A DNA stretch of 64,000 nt from Ascoidea asiatica JCM 7603 (GCA_001600695.1 BCKQ01000002.1:127523-191522); one strand, 5' to 3'; counted from the first letter of the stretch, positions 1-11,728 are shown. Notes: a model not told the origin generated them from the sequence alone. Made by a program: numbers and translations.

Positions 1-268
1 CCAGAATTTTGAGAACTTCAAAGTTGAATCTTTTTCTGGTTTGCAATTGCCTCAAAATGAATCATCAAATAACAATAAAATAAAAGAAGTGGAACTTAGT
101 TCAAACTCTAAAATTTTGGAGACACAATATGACTATCAAAAAGAATATAATTATGAATATGAAGAAGAATATGATGAAGAAGACCAAAATGAGATAGATT
201 TGCTCTATAATACTATTCGAGAGCTCAATGAACAATATAATTCCATAGCTGCTGGTATGAATGTATGA
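1..268 (+). CDS. 3' end of an unknown gene (5'-truncated by the window), acidic C-terminus
   Basis: Frame is open from position 2 (CAG AAT TTT GAG...) through the listed TTG-start ORF to TGA at 266-268. E/Y-rich tail with no recognisable family. Confidence 0.6.
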   Translation, partial: QNFENFKVESFSGLQLPQNESSNNNKIKEVELSSNSKILETQYDYQKEYNYEYEEEYDEEDQNEIDLLYNTIRELNEQYNSIAAGMNV

Positions 269-786
269 ATATAATGAAACAACCCAATGTTGTATAATAA
301 ATTAATCTAATGTTTTTATACGTAATGTAAATTCACTAAACTGATCAGTGTCTGTTTAGTTACAGCTTTTTAATTCTCGTACACGAAAAATAGAAGCGCC
401 GTAATAATGGCCTCATTGTCAAAATATTACGTAATTGCTTTATAAGTTTTTTTTCGTGTCAGGCTGCCTTCCGCTGCAATTAGTTGCAACAGCCTACTCC
501 TGCCTGCCCACTGGTAAACAATTGTTAACAATCATTCAAAAGTGGCAGACAGCTATTAGACTGACTGGTCCTAATAACTACTTGATTCTTGATTCTTCGC
601 TGATAATTCAATAGCGATTCAATTTTTTGAATGCTTATTGCTCAAGTGGTTAAAAAAAGTATAACTATTTTTATATCTGCCTGTATATTATTATTTCATC
701 TGCTATTATTTTCCAAAAATTGTTTGATTATTGTGGATCATTTTCTATTTTTGATAATTAATATTAAAGTTTTCCATTTTTTATCA

Positions 787-3700
787 ATGGCAAAGAAGAC
801 TCCTAAGCAGAAACAGAAGAAGCTTGATATTCATTATCTTAAAAGCCAGTCCAAAGTAATTACTAATTTTTTAACAAGTACCATTAATGATTCAACTTAC
901 GAAAAAAATAAAGTGCATCCAGCTATAATAAATAATATTATTCCTTATTTAACTTTTCACGATTTATTAAATTTCTCTTTGATAAATAAATCAACTTATA
1001 CTTATATCTTCGATAAGAATTATGAATTTTGGGTTAATGAACTTCAATTAATAGGAATTTGGGATCCAATTTCATATCAAAAACAAAAAAATTCTCAATT
1101 AAATTCAAATTTCAATGATTTCATAACTTTAAATAAAGATTCAATACTATTAGCTGATCAAAAGCTGAATAGTCAGTTAAATAAAAATATTTCAAAAGTT
1201 TCCAATATAGATACTCAAATAAGCAATAGTTATGATCATCATAATCTGTTTGAAATACTGAACATTTCCTTAAATCCTTTGAATATTTATAACAATGAGA
1301 CGTTTAAAATTATATATAATCAAAAATTAGCAAAAATCCAGTTTAGTATAGTTTATAAATCTTTGATACCTTTATATAAAGATTTAATAAATTCAAGTTT
1401 AGAACTTTCAAATTCAATAACATTCAAACTTTTCAATAACCCAAAGGATCAGTCTATTATTTTATCATCTTTATTGAACTTTTCTTTCTATCAAAAATTC
1501 AGATGTCTTCAAAATGACGAATTTAATTCAAACTATGATAAATTAAACTCTATAATAGAAATTTTTGAAAATGCTTGTTTAAGAGAAATCGAAGTAGCTT
1601 ATGACAAAAATGACTTTAAAAATAAAGTTAAATATTATACCAATATCTTATTAGGCTTAAATAATTCTTCTATAAATAATAATCTTGTTAATTTTTTCTT
1701 ACAAAAAAATTCTTTAAACTCAAATTCAAATTCAAATCAATTATCTTTATTTGATGACAATAAATTAAATTTATTATTCATTCAATCTTCAAATAGTAAA
1801 TATACTTTTGATAAAGCTTATTTAACTCTGCTTTTCAATAATATAATACAATTTTTTGATAATCAAATTTCAATCATTGATAGTATATTTCCTGATGAAA
1901 GCATTCCAATGATGCTTAAATTATCTGAAGAAATTATAGAAGATCATATTTTACAATTTTTTGCCAAAATTATTAAAAAAGCAAAATATTGTGATATGAT
2001 TAATGAATCTTTATCTGAAATTTCAATTAATGAAAACTCTCAATTTATAGTAAACGATATGTCTTTATATTTAAAAATTGTACCAATGCTATATACAAAT
2101 TTGATTAATTTCTCAAATTCAATAATTCCTTCAACTAATGGAGGTCCCCGATTTAAGGTTTCTTTAAAAAAATTAATAGATATTTATTTTGAACCAATTC
2201 TTAATACATATTTACCATCTGAATTATCTAATTTCCATAAAATTAATGAGAAGAATATTCATATATGGGATGAAATAAATAAAATCAAAGAAAAGAAAAA
2301 AGAAAAAGTTTTAATGGACAATTTATTAATAATAGATCAAAATAAATCAGACAATGAACAAAATAATAACTTTCTTAAATTGGACTTCCTAGCTGGTTTC
2401 AAGAAAATTTTAAAACCAATAGATTCTTTATTTGATTCCAATAATAGCAATAATGATAATTCAAATGAAAAACTACCAGAAGAATTGATAATAAATGATA
2501 ATGAAGAAAATCTTGGGAATCATATAACTAGTCCGTTAGAAGAAAAAAAAAAAGTAACCGAATTTGAAGCAAAAGTTGTTTTCATGAATAGTAAATTAGA
2601 TAATATAAGGTCCTTTTTTTCTTTAGATCTATCTTTAAATATTTTGAATAATGGAAGATTGGCAATTACGCGAATATCATCTTTTATTGGAATTGAAGAT
2701 AAAAATCTTGAAAATAATAAGGAAGAAATAATTATTGAAAACGACTTAGAAAACAATGACAAAAAGGAAAGTCAGTCAATCAATGAGGTTGAAACAGTTT
2801 CTTCAGCTTCTTTAGAAGAGTTGTCTAAAAGGCAAATTGAAAAAATATTCATTGAATTGGTTGATATTTTAGGAGAAGAGCATATCAAAAATGGGTTTTC
2901 TAAAGCTCTTGAAAGACTAAAAACTTATAGGCCAGATGAAATTGTAGATGATAATGATACTGAAAGTAATGTTTATCTGAGTAAAAGAAATAGCAGTAGT
3001 AATGAAAATGTAAATAAAAGATATAGTGTTTTTTCAATTAGATCAAATAAGAAAAATAGATCAAGTTTAAATATTTATAACAAAACAATTGGCGATAGTG
3101 AAGATTCAATCTATTCTGAGGGATCTATGGCAACTTCTGGATCAGGTTCTTCAAAAGCTGAAAAAATTGTCACTGTTGAACCTTTAGTAATATTCATTGA
3201 ACTTGTTAATATTGGTGATTTAATACAACAAATGATTGATATTTTTTATAAAGAGGAGCTAATAAATAAAGATATCATTAATAAAAATCAGGATTTTTTT
3301 TCACCTACTCTCAAAAAAAGAAAAAAGTTTGAAACAATTCTAGATGATTATGTTGCAGAAGGATTGAATATAGGAATTGATATTTTGATGGATAAAATTG
3401 AATTTATTTTTGAAACAGAGCAATTACCAGAAGATTTTAACCCCCCTTCAATTTTAGAAAACGATACCTCTAAAGGAACTATTGATAAATCTAATAGAAG
3501 AAGTTTGGGTGTTAAATATTTCCAGAGAATCGGACCCAGTATAGCTGCTAGGAGAACTGTTAATTTGTTATCAACCCATTCAAATCTTTTAGTTGGTTCT
3601 GCTGAAAAATCAACAATAGATGTATTTCAACAAGAAATAGCAACAAGATTTTTCAGTCTGATATGTAAGAATATTAAAAAATCTATAATAAGTATTGATG

Positions 3701-3999
3701 GAGCTATAACTTTAATTTCAGATTTAAACTTATTCTATGTTTTTGCACTTGGATTAAAACAGAGATCAATTTTGCCATACTTTACAGCATTGAAAACAGT
3801 TGGACAAATGTTTTTAATTTCTAGTGATGATGCCAAATCTATTGGAAAGTTGGTAAGTGATTTGAGTAGATTTAATGGTATTTTCCGACAGGAAGAAATT
3901 TTTGAATTTGTACAAAGAAGAGCAGATTGGGATAAAGTTAAAAAAGAAGTTGAAAAGGTAATATATGGATTTGGGGTAGCAGATTGTTCAATAATGTAA
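787..3999 (+). CDS. RCY1: F-box / Sec10-like recycling protein Rcy1
   Basis: N-terminal F-box-like segment (HPAIINNIIPYLTFHDLLNFSLINK). Sec10-like C-terminus (FIELVNIGDLIQQMIDIFY, FEFVQRRADWDKVKKEVEK). C-terminal CAAX motif CSIM. ATG at 787 (MAKK) preferred over 631 because the upstream stretch looks like U-rich UTR. Confidence 0.9.
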   Translation: MAKKTPKQKQKKLDIHYLKSQSKVITNFLTSTINDSTYEKNKVHPAIINNIIPYLTFHDLLNFSLINKSTYTYIFDKNYEFWVNELQLIGIWDPISYQKQKNSQLNSNFNDFITLNKDSILLADQKLNSQLNKNISKVSNIDTQISNSYDHHNLFEILNISLNPLNIYNNETFKIIYNQKLAKIQFSIVYKSLIPLYKDLINSSLELSNSITFKLFNNPKDQSIILSSLLNFSFYQKFRCLQNDEFNSNYDKLNSIIEIFENACLREIEVAYDKNDFKNKVKYYTNILLGLNNSSINNNLVNFFLQKNSLNSNSNSNQLSLFDDNKLNLLFIQSSNSKYTFDKAYLTLLFNNIIQFFDNQISIIDSIFPDESIPMMLKLSEEIIEDHILQFFAKIIKKAKYCDMINESLSEISINENSQFIVNDMSLYLKIVPMLYTNLINFSNSIIPSTNGGPRFKVSLKKLIDIYFEPILNTYLPSELSNFHKINEKNIHIWDEINKIKEKKKEKVLMDNLLIIDQNKSDNEQNNNFLKLDFLAGFKKILKPIDSLFDSNNSNNDNSNEKLPEELIINDNEENLGNHITSPLEEKKKVTEFEAKVVFMNSKLDNIRSFFSLDLSLNILNNGRLAITRISSFIGIEDKNLENNKEEIIIENDLENNDKKESQSINEVETVSSASLEELSKRQIEKIFIELVDILGEEHIKNGFSKALERLKTYRPDEIVDDNDTESNVYLSKRNSSSNENVNKRYSVFSIRSNKKNRSSLNIYNKTIGDSEDSIYSEGSMATSGSGSSKAEKIVTVEPLVIFIELVNIGDLIQQMIDIFYKEELINKDIINKNQDFFSPTLKKRKKFETILDDYVAEGLNIGIDILMDKIEFIFETEQLPEDFNPPSILENDTSKGTIDKSNRRSLGVKYFQRIGPSIAARRTVNLLSTHSNLLVGSAEKSTIDVFQQEIATRFFSLICKNIKKSIISIDGAITLISDLNLFYVFALGLKQRSILPYFTALKTVGQMFLISSDDAKSIGKLVSDLSRFNGIFRQEEIFEFVQRRADWDKVKKEVEKVIYGFGVADCSIM

Positions 4000-4278
4000 A
4001 TTGTTTTTAAATATTTACTTCTTGGGTATGTTTTTTTTCATTTGTTTACATGGTAATTCTATAAAGCTAATACAAAACAGCTTTTGATATATGATTCTTT
4101 AATAATCTGCTAAAATTTAGTAATCCGACTTTATAATGTCTTCTATTAAAATATTTTGTTTTGAATCATTTTATTAAGCTCCTTAATATTTAAATGCAAA
4201 GGCATAAATATAACAGTAAAAATCTTTATATTAAAAAATTAAAAAAGGAAAATATCATAATACAATGGAAGTTTTCTC

Positions 4279-4791
4279 TCAATTATCATCATGTATAACT
4301 TGGGAAATCTTTATCAATTCTGGGATATTCCAGATTTGATTATTAGAAGAGTAATGACCATTGAATTTTGAAGATTTAGAAGGAAAGGATTCATGATCCC
4401 ATATTATAATATTTTCAATTTCAGATTTTGAATTATATGAATTATCGATATTTGATTTTTCAATTAAATATATCTTTAAATTTTTTAGATTAAGTGACTC
4501 ACCCATTAGTTTTCTGCCTCTGAAATAAGCAATATATTTGGAAATTTGATTTACCCTTTTAAGTGAGTTATTGACAGAATCTTTATTTTTGTCTTCATTT
4601 GAAACTTTATTTGACCCATTTTCTATATTTTCTTGATAGTTTAATTTTGTTTGGTTCCATAAATTGATGTCTGCGTAACCAGTGAAATTTATTCTACAAG
4701 GCAATAGATTTAAAGTTGATTTTGAATCATTTTCTGTGTTTACATTTGATTGATTGTACTTAATTGTTATTTCATTAGAATCTTGAATCAT
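4279..4791 (-). CDS. RNH203: RNase H2 subunit C
   Basis: LLPCRINFTGYA, AYFRGRKLMG and IIWDHE motifs typical of RNASEH2C. Confidence 0.85.
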   Translation of the reverse strand: MIQDSNEITIKYNQSNVNTENDSKSTLNLLPCRINFTGYADINLWNQTKLNYQENIENGSNKVSNEDKNKDSVNNSLKRVNQISKYIAYFRGRKLMGESLNLKNLKIYLIEKSNIDNSYNSKSEIENIIIWDHESFPSKSSKFNGHYSSNNQIWNIPELIKISQVIHDDN

Positions 4792-4930
4792 GATAAAACT
4801 AGTTGACTTAAGAAAAGTTGTTGTTGTTGTTGTTGTGTAAAACAGTATAAAATATAAATATTTCTACTGAAACAAATAGCTTTTCAATAAGTTTTTCAAA
4901 GCTGGTTCGAGTTATCTGTTTTAATTAAGT

Positions 4931-4967
4931 ACGCGAAATGGTTACACACGAAAAGTTGACGCGAAAA
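4931..4967. promoter_or_regulatory. Cluster of three SCB/MCB-like G1/S elements upstream of RNH203
   Basis: ACGCGAAA 4931-4938, CACGAAAA 4947-4954, ACGCGAAAA 4959-4967, lying 140-180 bp from the ATG in CG-poor DNA. Confidence 0.6.
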
Positions 4968-5297
4968 ATACTACTTTTAGATTCTTAATCTCTTCAACGC
5001 GGAAATTCGGATATTTTTAACTTACATTTTATTTGGATTAACTGATATGATTGATGAAATGAAACAAAATCATTTATTAAAGAAGAGCAAAATAAAATAA
5101 AGTCGTTAACTAAGCATTAAATAAAGTAAAATATTAATTAAAAAGAAAATTAAACATTAGTTCTAAAAGAAATTGTCATTATAGTAAGTTGAACAAAAAT
5201 CTAAATATTTGAAATTTTGAAGATTTAAAAAGTTGAAGTATTAAAAGTGATAAAAAAATTTAGTCGTTTAAAGTATTAATTAAAGCATTTTTTTTTT

Positions 5298-6467
5298 CTA
5301 ATTTTTTTTTCCAGTTTCTTTTTCAATTTGAAACCTTTTTTCGACAATAAGTTTTAATTTTTCTGGGCATTCTAAAGGACCTAAAGATCTAAATTCTTTT
5401 AATTTTTTAATTGTTTCAGAATCCGTAATTATTTGATCTTCAACTTTATCTTTTAGAGTTGACTGATAAAAATCAGTTTGAATAACATCAAAATATTGAT
5501 CAACTAATTTGAATTTATGATCAGAATCTAAAGTTTTTAACATTAAATCTAGAGAATTTGGAGAATCTGAAGAATCCGAAGATTTTTTTGTATTAAAACC
5601 TTCACCAGATTTAAGTTCTAAATAAGCCATTTCAGTAATATCTTTAAGTTTTCCAGCTCTTTGAACATTCATTACGGAACCATAAGTAGAAATTATATTT
5701 TGACGGTATTTTTCATTGAAATCTACAATATCAACTCTTTTTGAACCTGTCCAGCCAATATTTAATAAAAAATCTTTCGAGATAATATTAACACCATTAT
5801 TACTTGAAGAAGAAGAGCTTACTAAATCAATTAATCTGCCAAATGGATTTAAAGAAGCAGGATTAATAATACCTAAATAAAAAAGTAAATAGATTAAAAT
5901 AATTTTTAAAATATGAAAAATAAAAAAAACAACTTGAGAACCAGTTGAACCAGATTTTAATAAATCTTGATTAATTTCATTATACATTTTTTGATTATTG
6001 AAAAAATTTAAAGCAATTAAACCAATAAATCTCATAAAATAAGAAGACAATTGATTACCAGGAGTTGGAGAAATAAAATCAGGCAAATCAGTATATAACC
6101 ATGTTAATAAAAAAAGTATAAAATTATAATGTGAAAAAGTCTTTTGTTTCCAAATTGGCACAATTAATTGACTTGGCCAAACATAATCTAAAACTTTATC
6201 ATCTTGAGATTTTGGAAATTTTATATATTTATCAGCGTTATAAACATAAAACATTGAACCAGTTTTAGCTAAATAGCCCGGATGATTGGAATAAGCAAAA
6301 GCAATTGGTTTATCCTCATAAAATATATTTGGTCTTAAAACTATATTTAAATTGAAAATTTTCATTAAATCGGAAAATTTAGTATTAGAATTTATTGTAA
6401 AACAATAATCCTTTTCATTATCAGAATTAAATCTAACATAGACTTCTTGTGACTCGAATACAGGCAT
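5298..6467 (-). CDS. GSF2: ER membrane protein Gsf2 (glucose signalling factor 2)
   Basis: VYVRFNSDNEKDYCF, VWPSQLIVPIW, WLYTDLPDFISPTPG and IGWTGSKR motifs; hydrophobic segments. Confidence 0.88.
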   Translation of the reverse strand: MPVFESQEVYVRFNSDNEKDYCFTINSNTKFSDLMKIFNLNIVLRPNIFYEDKPIAFAYSNHPGYLAKTGSMFYVYNADKYIKFPKSQDDKVLDYVWPSQLIVPIWKQKTFSHYNFILFLLTWLYTDLPDFISPTPGNQLSSYFMRFIGLIALNFFNNQKMYNEINQDLLKSGSTGSQVVFFIFHILKIILIYLLFYLGIINPASLNPFGRLIDLVSSSSSSNNGVNIISKDFLLNIGWTGSKRVDIVDFNEKYRQNIISTYGSVMNVQRAGKLKDITEMAYLELKSGEGFNTKKSSDSSDSPNSLDLMLKTLDSDHKFKLVDQYFDVIQTDFYQSTLKDKVEDQIITDSETIKKLKEFRSLGPLECPEKLKLIVEKRFQIEKETGKKN

Positions 6468-7206
6468 ATTTAAATTATCATTAATATATAAAAAAAGTAT
6501 ATGTATACTTAATTTGAACTATTGATTTATATTTTATGTTATTTTGATTATATATTATAATGAAATTAGTGATTATTTCAAAAATTATAAGATATGATTG
6601 ATATAAAAAAACCATACAGAATATGGGGAAATGAGTAACCTTTTATACAAATATTTGTCAATGATCAATAATTTGAATACGTTGTTAGTATTAATGACCC
6701 GAGTGATGGTATAATAGAGACAACCTGTCAATGATTTTTGGGAAAAAGGTATCAATAGTTCGGGGAATGTAGGGAGGGGAAAGTTACCCCAGATAACTTA
6801 AATCAAATCAGTAACATGTTTGAAGGACTTCAAACTTTGTCATGATCCCACTAAGCTTTGATTGAAAACGTGATATGGCAGTGTATTCTATTGTTCTCAT
6901 AGTTTATAATTTTAAATTTTTAACAGAATAATTGACATTAATCTTTTTTCTCAAAATTTGAAGTAAAAAATAAAAAATGGAAATATTTTCAATAAAGGTG
7001 AGCATAGAAATCGCAGTAACACTACGTAAGGATATATGTAAGGGTATGAGTTGTTCAAATTTATTTTTATTTTAGGAAAAGAAAATTGTTCATTGATTAT
7101 TATTTTGAAATGGGGGTTTGCGCTCAACTTTCACTTTTTCTCCCTTTTGTTATATGAATGTATTTTTCTTAAGGTAAACCGGATGGAAAATTTAGTGCTA
7201 TAAACG

Positions 7207-7291
7207 ACCTCCTTGGCTTAAAGGCAAAGCATCTGCCTCCTAATTAGGAGAAGTAAGCAGAAGATTGTGGGTTCGAGTCCCATAGGAGGTG
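7207..7291 (+). tRNA. tRNA-Arg(CCU) with a 13-nt intron (7243-7255)
   Basis: Acceptor ACCTCCT/AGGAGGT. D stem GCTT/AAGC. Anticodon stem TCTGC/GCAGA with CCT at 7239-7241. T arm GTGGG-TTCGAGT-CCCAT. Discriminator G. The intron contains TAGGAG, complementary to the anticodon loop. Confidence 0.93.
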
Positions 7292-7300
7292 TTTTTTTTT
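7292..7300 (+). terminator. Pol III oligo-T terminator
   Basis: T9 run immediately after the tRNA 3' end. Confidence 0.85.
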
Positions 7301-7998
7301 ATATTAGATAAATGTTTTTAAATTCCAATTTTTTTTTACGTTTTTTAAAACAAGAAATATTTTAGATGTATTTAAGTAATTGAAAGAAGCTTAAAAAGAC
7401 AAAGAAAAGAGAAAAAATGGTTAAAAATCAAATGTTCTACATAGGTTGAATAGATTACAGATTTGTTAATTTATTAATTTTATGCAAATATTTATAGAAT
7501 ATATTGGATTGAAAATGTCTTTGTGTATAAAATACGAAATTTCTAAAAGAAAAAAAATTGAAAAGAAGTGAAAAAGCAAAAAATAAAGAAGAAAAAAAAA
7601 TTGATTATGTATTCAAATGCATTTAATAAAATAAATAAATATAATAGAAGAAAAAAATTTATGAAAAATACCACCAGTAGATAACAATAAAAAATAAAAA
7701 AGACTTGTTCTATAAAACAAGTCATAAAATAAACTATAGAAAGAAAGAAATAAAGAAAGAAATGCATAAATACACACAAATAATATTAAAAGTATAAATA
7801 AATTGGTTATTGAAAAGTTCTTAAATGATGATAATAATTATTATTATTATTATTATTATTATATTGAAGTGAATTATAATTATGAGTTTCATAATCATCA
7901 ATAACAGAAGGTGAAAATGAAGATTTATTGTTCACATTTTGAATATTTTGAATTTGTTGAATATGAGGATGAATTACAGTAGGTAATGGCAATCTTAA

Positions 7999-9000
7999 TT
8001 AAGAAAAGTTTGATTGTTCAGATTGAGATGTATTGGATATTGTTATTGAATTATTAGAAATATTATTTGAAATGGATTTATCAAAGTTATTAAAGGTTGT
8101 AGAATTGAAATTATTATTTATAGGAGTTTCAGGAGTTAAATAATAATTAGTATTAGAATTATTTATTGAATTATCAAAAGAATTATTGTAAGAATTTATT
8201 TTTAAAGTAGAATTTCTTAATTTCATTTTATTTTTAATGTATTTATTCTTATTATTATTATTATTATAATTTATAGTTTTTGATATGTTACTTTTATTAA
8301 TTTTATTGATAATATTATACAGTATTTTAATTTTGATAAAATAATTATTTAAACAATTTATCCAATTATTATAGATACATTGATCTCTTAAAGAATTTAA
8401 AATATTATTATCTTTATTAAAAAAAAAATTATTTAAAATAAATCTTTCAAATAAATTTAATTTTTTTAAAGGGACTTTAATTACAGAACTAAAACTCAGA
8501 TTTGTATAAGATAAATCTTCATTAATTTTATTTGATAAAATTAAGAAAATAGTAAAAATTAAAGAAAGTTTATCATCAATTTTTTTATATTTTAAATTAT
8601 TAAAATTTTCAATATAAAAAGAATTGAAATTTTGATTGAATTTTGAATCATTTTTTAACATTAATCTGAAATGATGTAAATAATTTAAAGCAGTTAAAAT
8701 AACGGAATTTGATAATTGTGTTTTTGATATTAATTTTTTAAATTTTTGTAGATATTTTGAATTTGATTTTTGATAGGAAGTAGATAATTTGTTATTATTA
8801 CTATTATTATTATTATTATTATAATTATCAAACCATATGAATAAAGAAGCTAAAGCAGGGAAATTTGAATCCAAAAGTGATTTATAATCAAGGGAAGAAA
8901 TTGTAGAAATTTTCCTTGAATCATTAATAATATTGTTATTACTATTATTATAATCTTCTATTGAGGATTCTTCAGAATAAGTTGGAGTTGGAAGAAACAT
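7999..9000 (-). CDS. Pho85-type cyclin (Pcl5/Clg1-like), Asn-rich
   Basis: Cyclin box: LISKTQLSNSVILTALNYLHHF...FLILSNKINEDLSYTNLSFS...VPLKKLNLFERFIL. Confidence 0.78.
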   Translation of the reverse strand: MFLPTPTYSEESSIEDYNNSNNNIINDSRKISTISSLDYKSLLDSNFPALASLFIWFDNYNNNNNNSNNNKLSTSYQKSNSKYLQKFKKLISKTQLSNSVILTALNYLHHFRLMLKNDSKFNQNFNSFYIENFNNLKYKKIDDKLSLIFTIFLILSNKINEDLSYTNLSFSSVIKVPLKKLNLFERFILNNFFFNKDNNILNSLRDQCIYNNWINCLNNYFIKIKILYNIINKINKSNISKTINYNNNNNKNKYIKNKMKLRNSTLKINSYNNSFDNSINNSNTNYYLTPETPINNNFNSTTFNNFDKSISNNISNNSITISNTSQSEQSNFS

Positions 9001-11728
9001 TATATAAATTATATTATAGATTATATTATATATTATTATAATTTGTTGAGTATTATTGATATTTATATGTGTATATTTATATATTTATATTAATATTTTT
9101 ATTGAGATATATTTTAGTTATAATATTTTAAAATAGTTAAAGATATTATGATATATGAATAAAGAATAAAATAAAAGAAGAATTAAATGAAAAAATGGAC
9201 ATTTTGAAGATAATTATATTAAAAAAAAAAATGAAAAGCAATAGAAGAATATTTATAAAATATAAGAAATATATGAGATATAAAAAATATATGAAATATA
9301 TTAAAATAATGTTGAATGATAGATAAATTTTAAAAAAAAATTGAAAATAATGTGAAAATAAGAAAAGAATATGAAAAGGATATGAAAAGAATATGAAAAG
9401 AATATGAATATGAAAATATTTAGTAAAAAGATGATTATTGGATATATTTTTTGGAGTTAGCACTACAGTACTGTAGCGAGAGGGAGTGTGTATTTATTAT
9501 TATTAATCAGAGAGAAGAAGGAAAATACTACGAATTAATTAGATTCAAAAATAATTAACAAGTAACAAGTAATAATAGACAAACAAAGTGACTGACTGTA
9601 CAGCAGTTACATACGAGACTGGTACTGGTAGTACAGTAATAACAGTAATAATAATATTAGTAGCATTTCCAAATGGAAGAAAGTTCACACATAAAAATAA
9701 AATTCAAAGCAAATTCAAAGCAAATTCACATCAAAGGCTAACATCAAATTTGGAGATGAAAATGAACTTAAAGATTGAAGAATGGCAGTTAGAAGTTTTA
9801 GTGTTAGAATTAGTGTTAATATTAGTATTAATATTACTATTAATATTAGTATTAATATTACTATTGGTGTTAGTGTCACTGTTTGGAATTGGCGAGTTTT
9901 GAAAGATAAAACGGATCTGGCTTACTTGTGATTTAAGTCAGTTCACTGCTCAGAGATACAGAGAGAGAGTTCACTGGACACACACACACACACAAAAGAG
10001 ACCGGAAACACACCTGATAGCAATGCAATTCCAAACAGGCCCAAAGTTGTAAGTGTACAGAAGGCAACAACAGCCTACAACCAACAAGAAGGCCCGGCTC
10101 CGCGGACTCGCAAGACCCAATTCCAAGACCCGGTACTGCTAAACTGATTCCGGAATGAGATGAAACTAAAGGAAATCAAAGGGAATCAAAGGGAATCAAA
10201 GGAAAGAAAAAAAAAAAAAAGAAAGGTAAAGAAAGGAAAAGAACCTGGAAAAAGGAACTGAGAAAAAAATTTGCTCACTGCCCGTACCGATACAATTACA
10301 GTGAAATACAAGCATAATTAATAAATCACCATGACTTGAGGAGTTTGTACCAGTAACACGGAGTAACAAGAAGCCCTAAAAGCAAGTTACTCAGCTGGGA
10401 TGTGCCTAGCTGCCGCCAAGGGCACCCGCCTAGACTATTTCTAGAAATTCGTCACCCTATCCTAGAAGCATCTTAAGAGTTCATTAAAAAAGCTCTCCCC
10501 TTTTCCATGAGCCACTACACATAGACCAAAGCTTCAAGGTAATCATACCAAAGTTCTAAGGAAAATCCTAAAATAAAACTGTTACTATTTCATTTTAAAA
10601 GTTCAATACTAAATATTGTTTCAAGATTGTTCTTCCAAAAAGTTAGTGATTAGACTCCGGGTAAGTTAATAAGACATTAGTGTTTAGCATGTTATTTTGT
10701 GTGAAATGTGTAATTGAGTGCTTATACTTTTAAGTGCTTATTTAAATCTATTGTAATTTTCAGAACGACTTTATTATTGCTGTATTTTAAATACTGATGT
10801 TGGAATCTGTGGCTGGAGTGTTTTTGTAATTTTGCTTCAACGTTACTCCGTTTGTGATCTGTAATTAATTACAAATTTAATTGTGAATTTAATATTTTTT
10901 GTTTGTTTATTTTGTTGTACGATCAGGATTATGATTATGATTATTTTTATAATTATAATTATAATTACGATTGCTTTTGTGAATCAAGGGGCTGGTTGCC
11001 GGTGTTGTAAAGTTATTTAGTAGTAAGCCCTTGTAAGTTTGTAAACTTCTAAGTTGGTGAAATTGGTGGGTCTTGTGGGTCTGGAGCTCTCAGAACTGTA
11101 CCGTGCGGTCCTTGGTCACCTCTTGTAATTAAGCTAATCCTGTTGGAGTGAAACTATCCTGACACGATTGCTACAATAATACCGTAGCAGTGTAGCAAAA
11201 TATGAAATTTGATCAAATTTAGTTCCCAAACCTGCGAAAATCAATTCAATTCAGATTTTGATTTTTATTAGATGAAATCCATTTACGCGCAAATTATTTC
11301 ATAAATCACCTTCGCCTGATTAACACAAACACGCATTTATTCAATTCACTTAATTCAATTAATAAATAAATTATCTAATTAATTTAATCTAACTTAATTT
11401 ACCACTGAAAACTTGTTAAATTGTTTACTTAGCCTGTTAAATTGGTAGTTTGTTAACCTGTTGATACATACCCACCAGACACTACAACTTCTCATTTGTA
11501 GTGGTATGTTGAAATTCAACACTTCTCCACTGCATTTAAAATCAACAGATCGATTGAAGTCGAGTTAAGGAATGTGCAACCGAGTCACGTGCATTTGTAT
11601 TATTATGTTCTATTATTATCATACCGGTAGGAAATATCGATCGATAGTTCTGCAAACGCTCTAAAATTACAATTTATTACTAAGTATTATTAATTACCTG
11701 TAATCAGTATTAGAAATATATTACTTTT

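Noticed and set aside
631-786. 52-codon N-terminal extension of RCY1
   Set aside because: F/L/I-rich translation of U-rich leader sequence. ATG 787 is the more plausible start.
7543-7779. Hydrophobic short ORFs (also 9146-9463, 9588-9902, 55046-55246)
   Set aside because: They are artefacts of low-complexity A/T-skewed UTR sequence and have non-ATG starts.
11584-11591. GTCACGTG as CDEI of a point centromere
   Set aside because: No clear very AT-rich CDEII of appropriate length followed by a CDEIII consensus. It is more likely a Cbf1-type promoter site.
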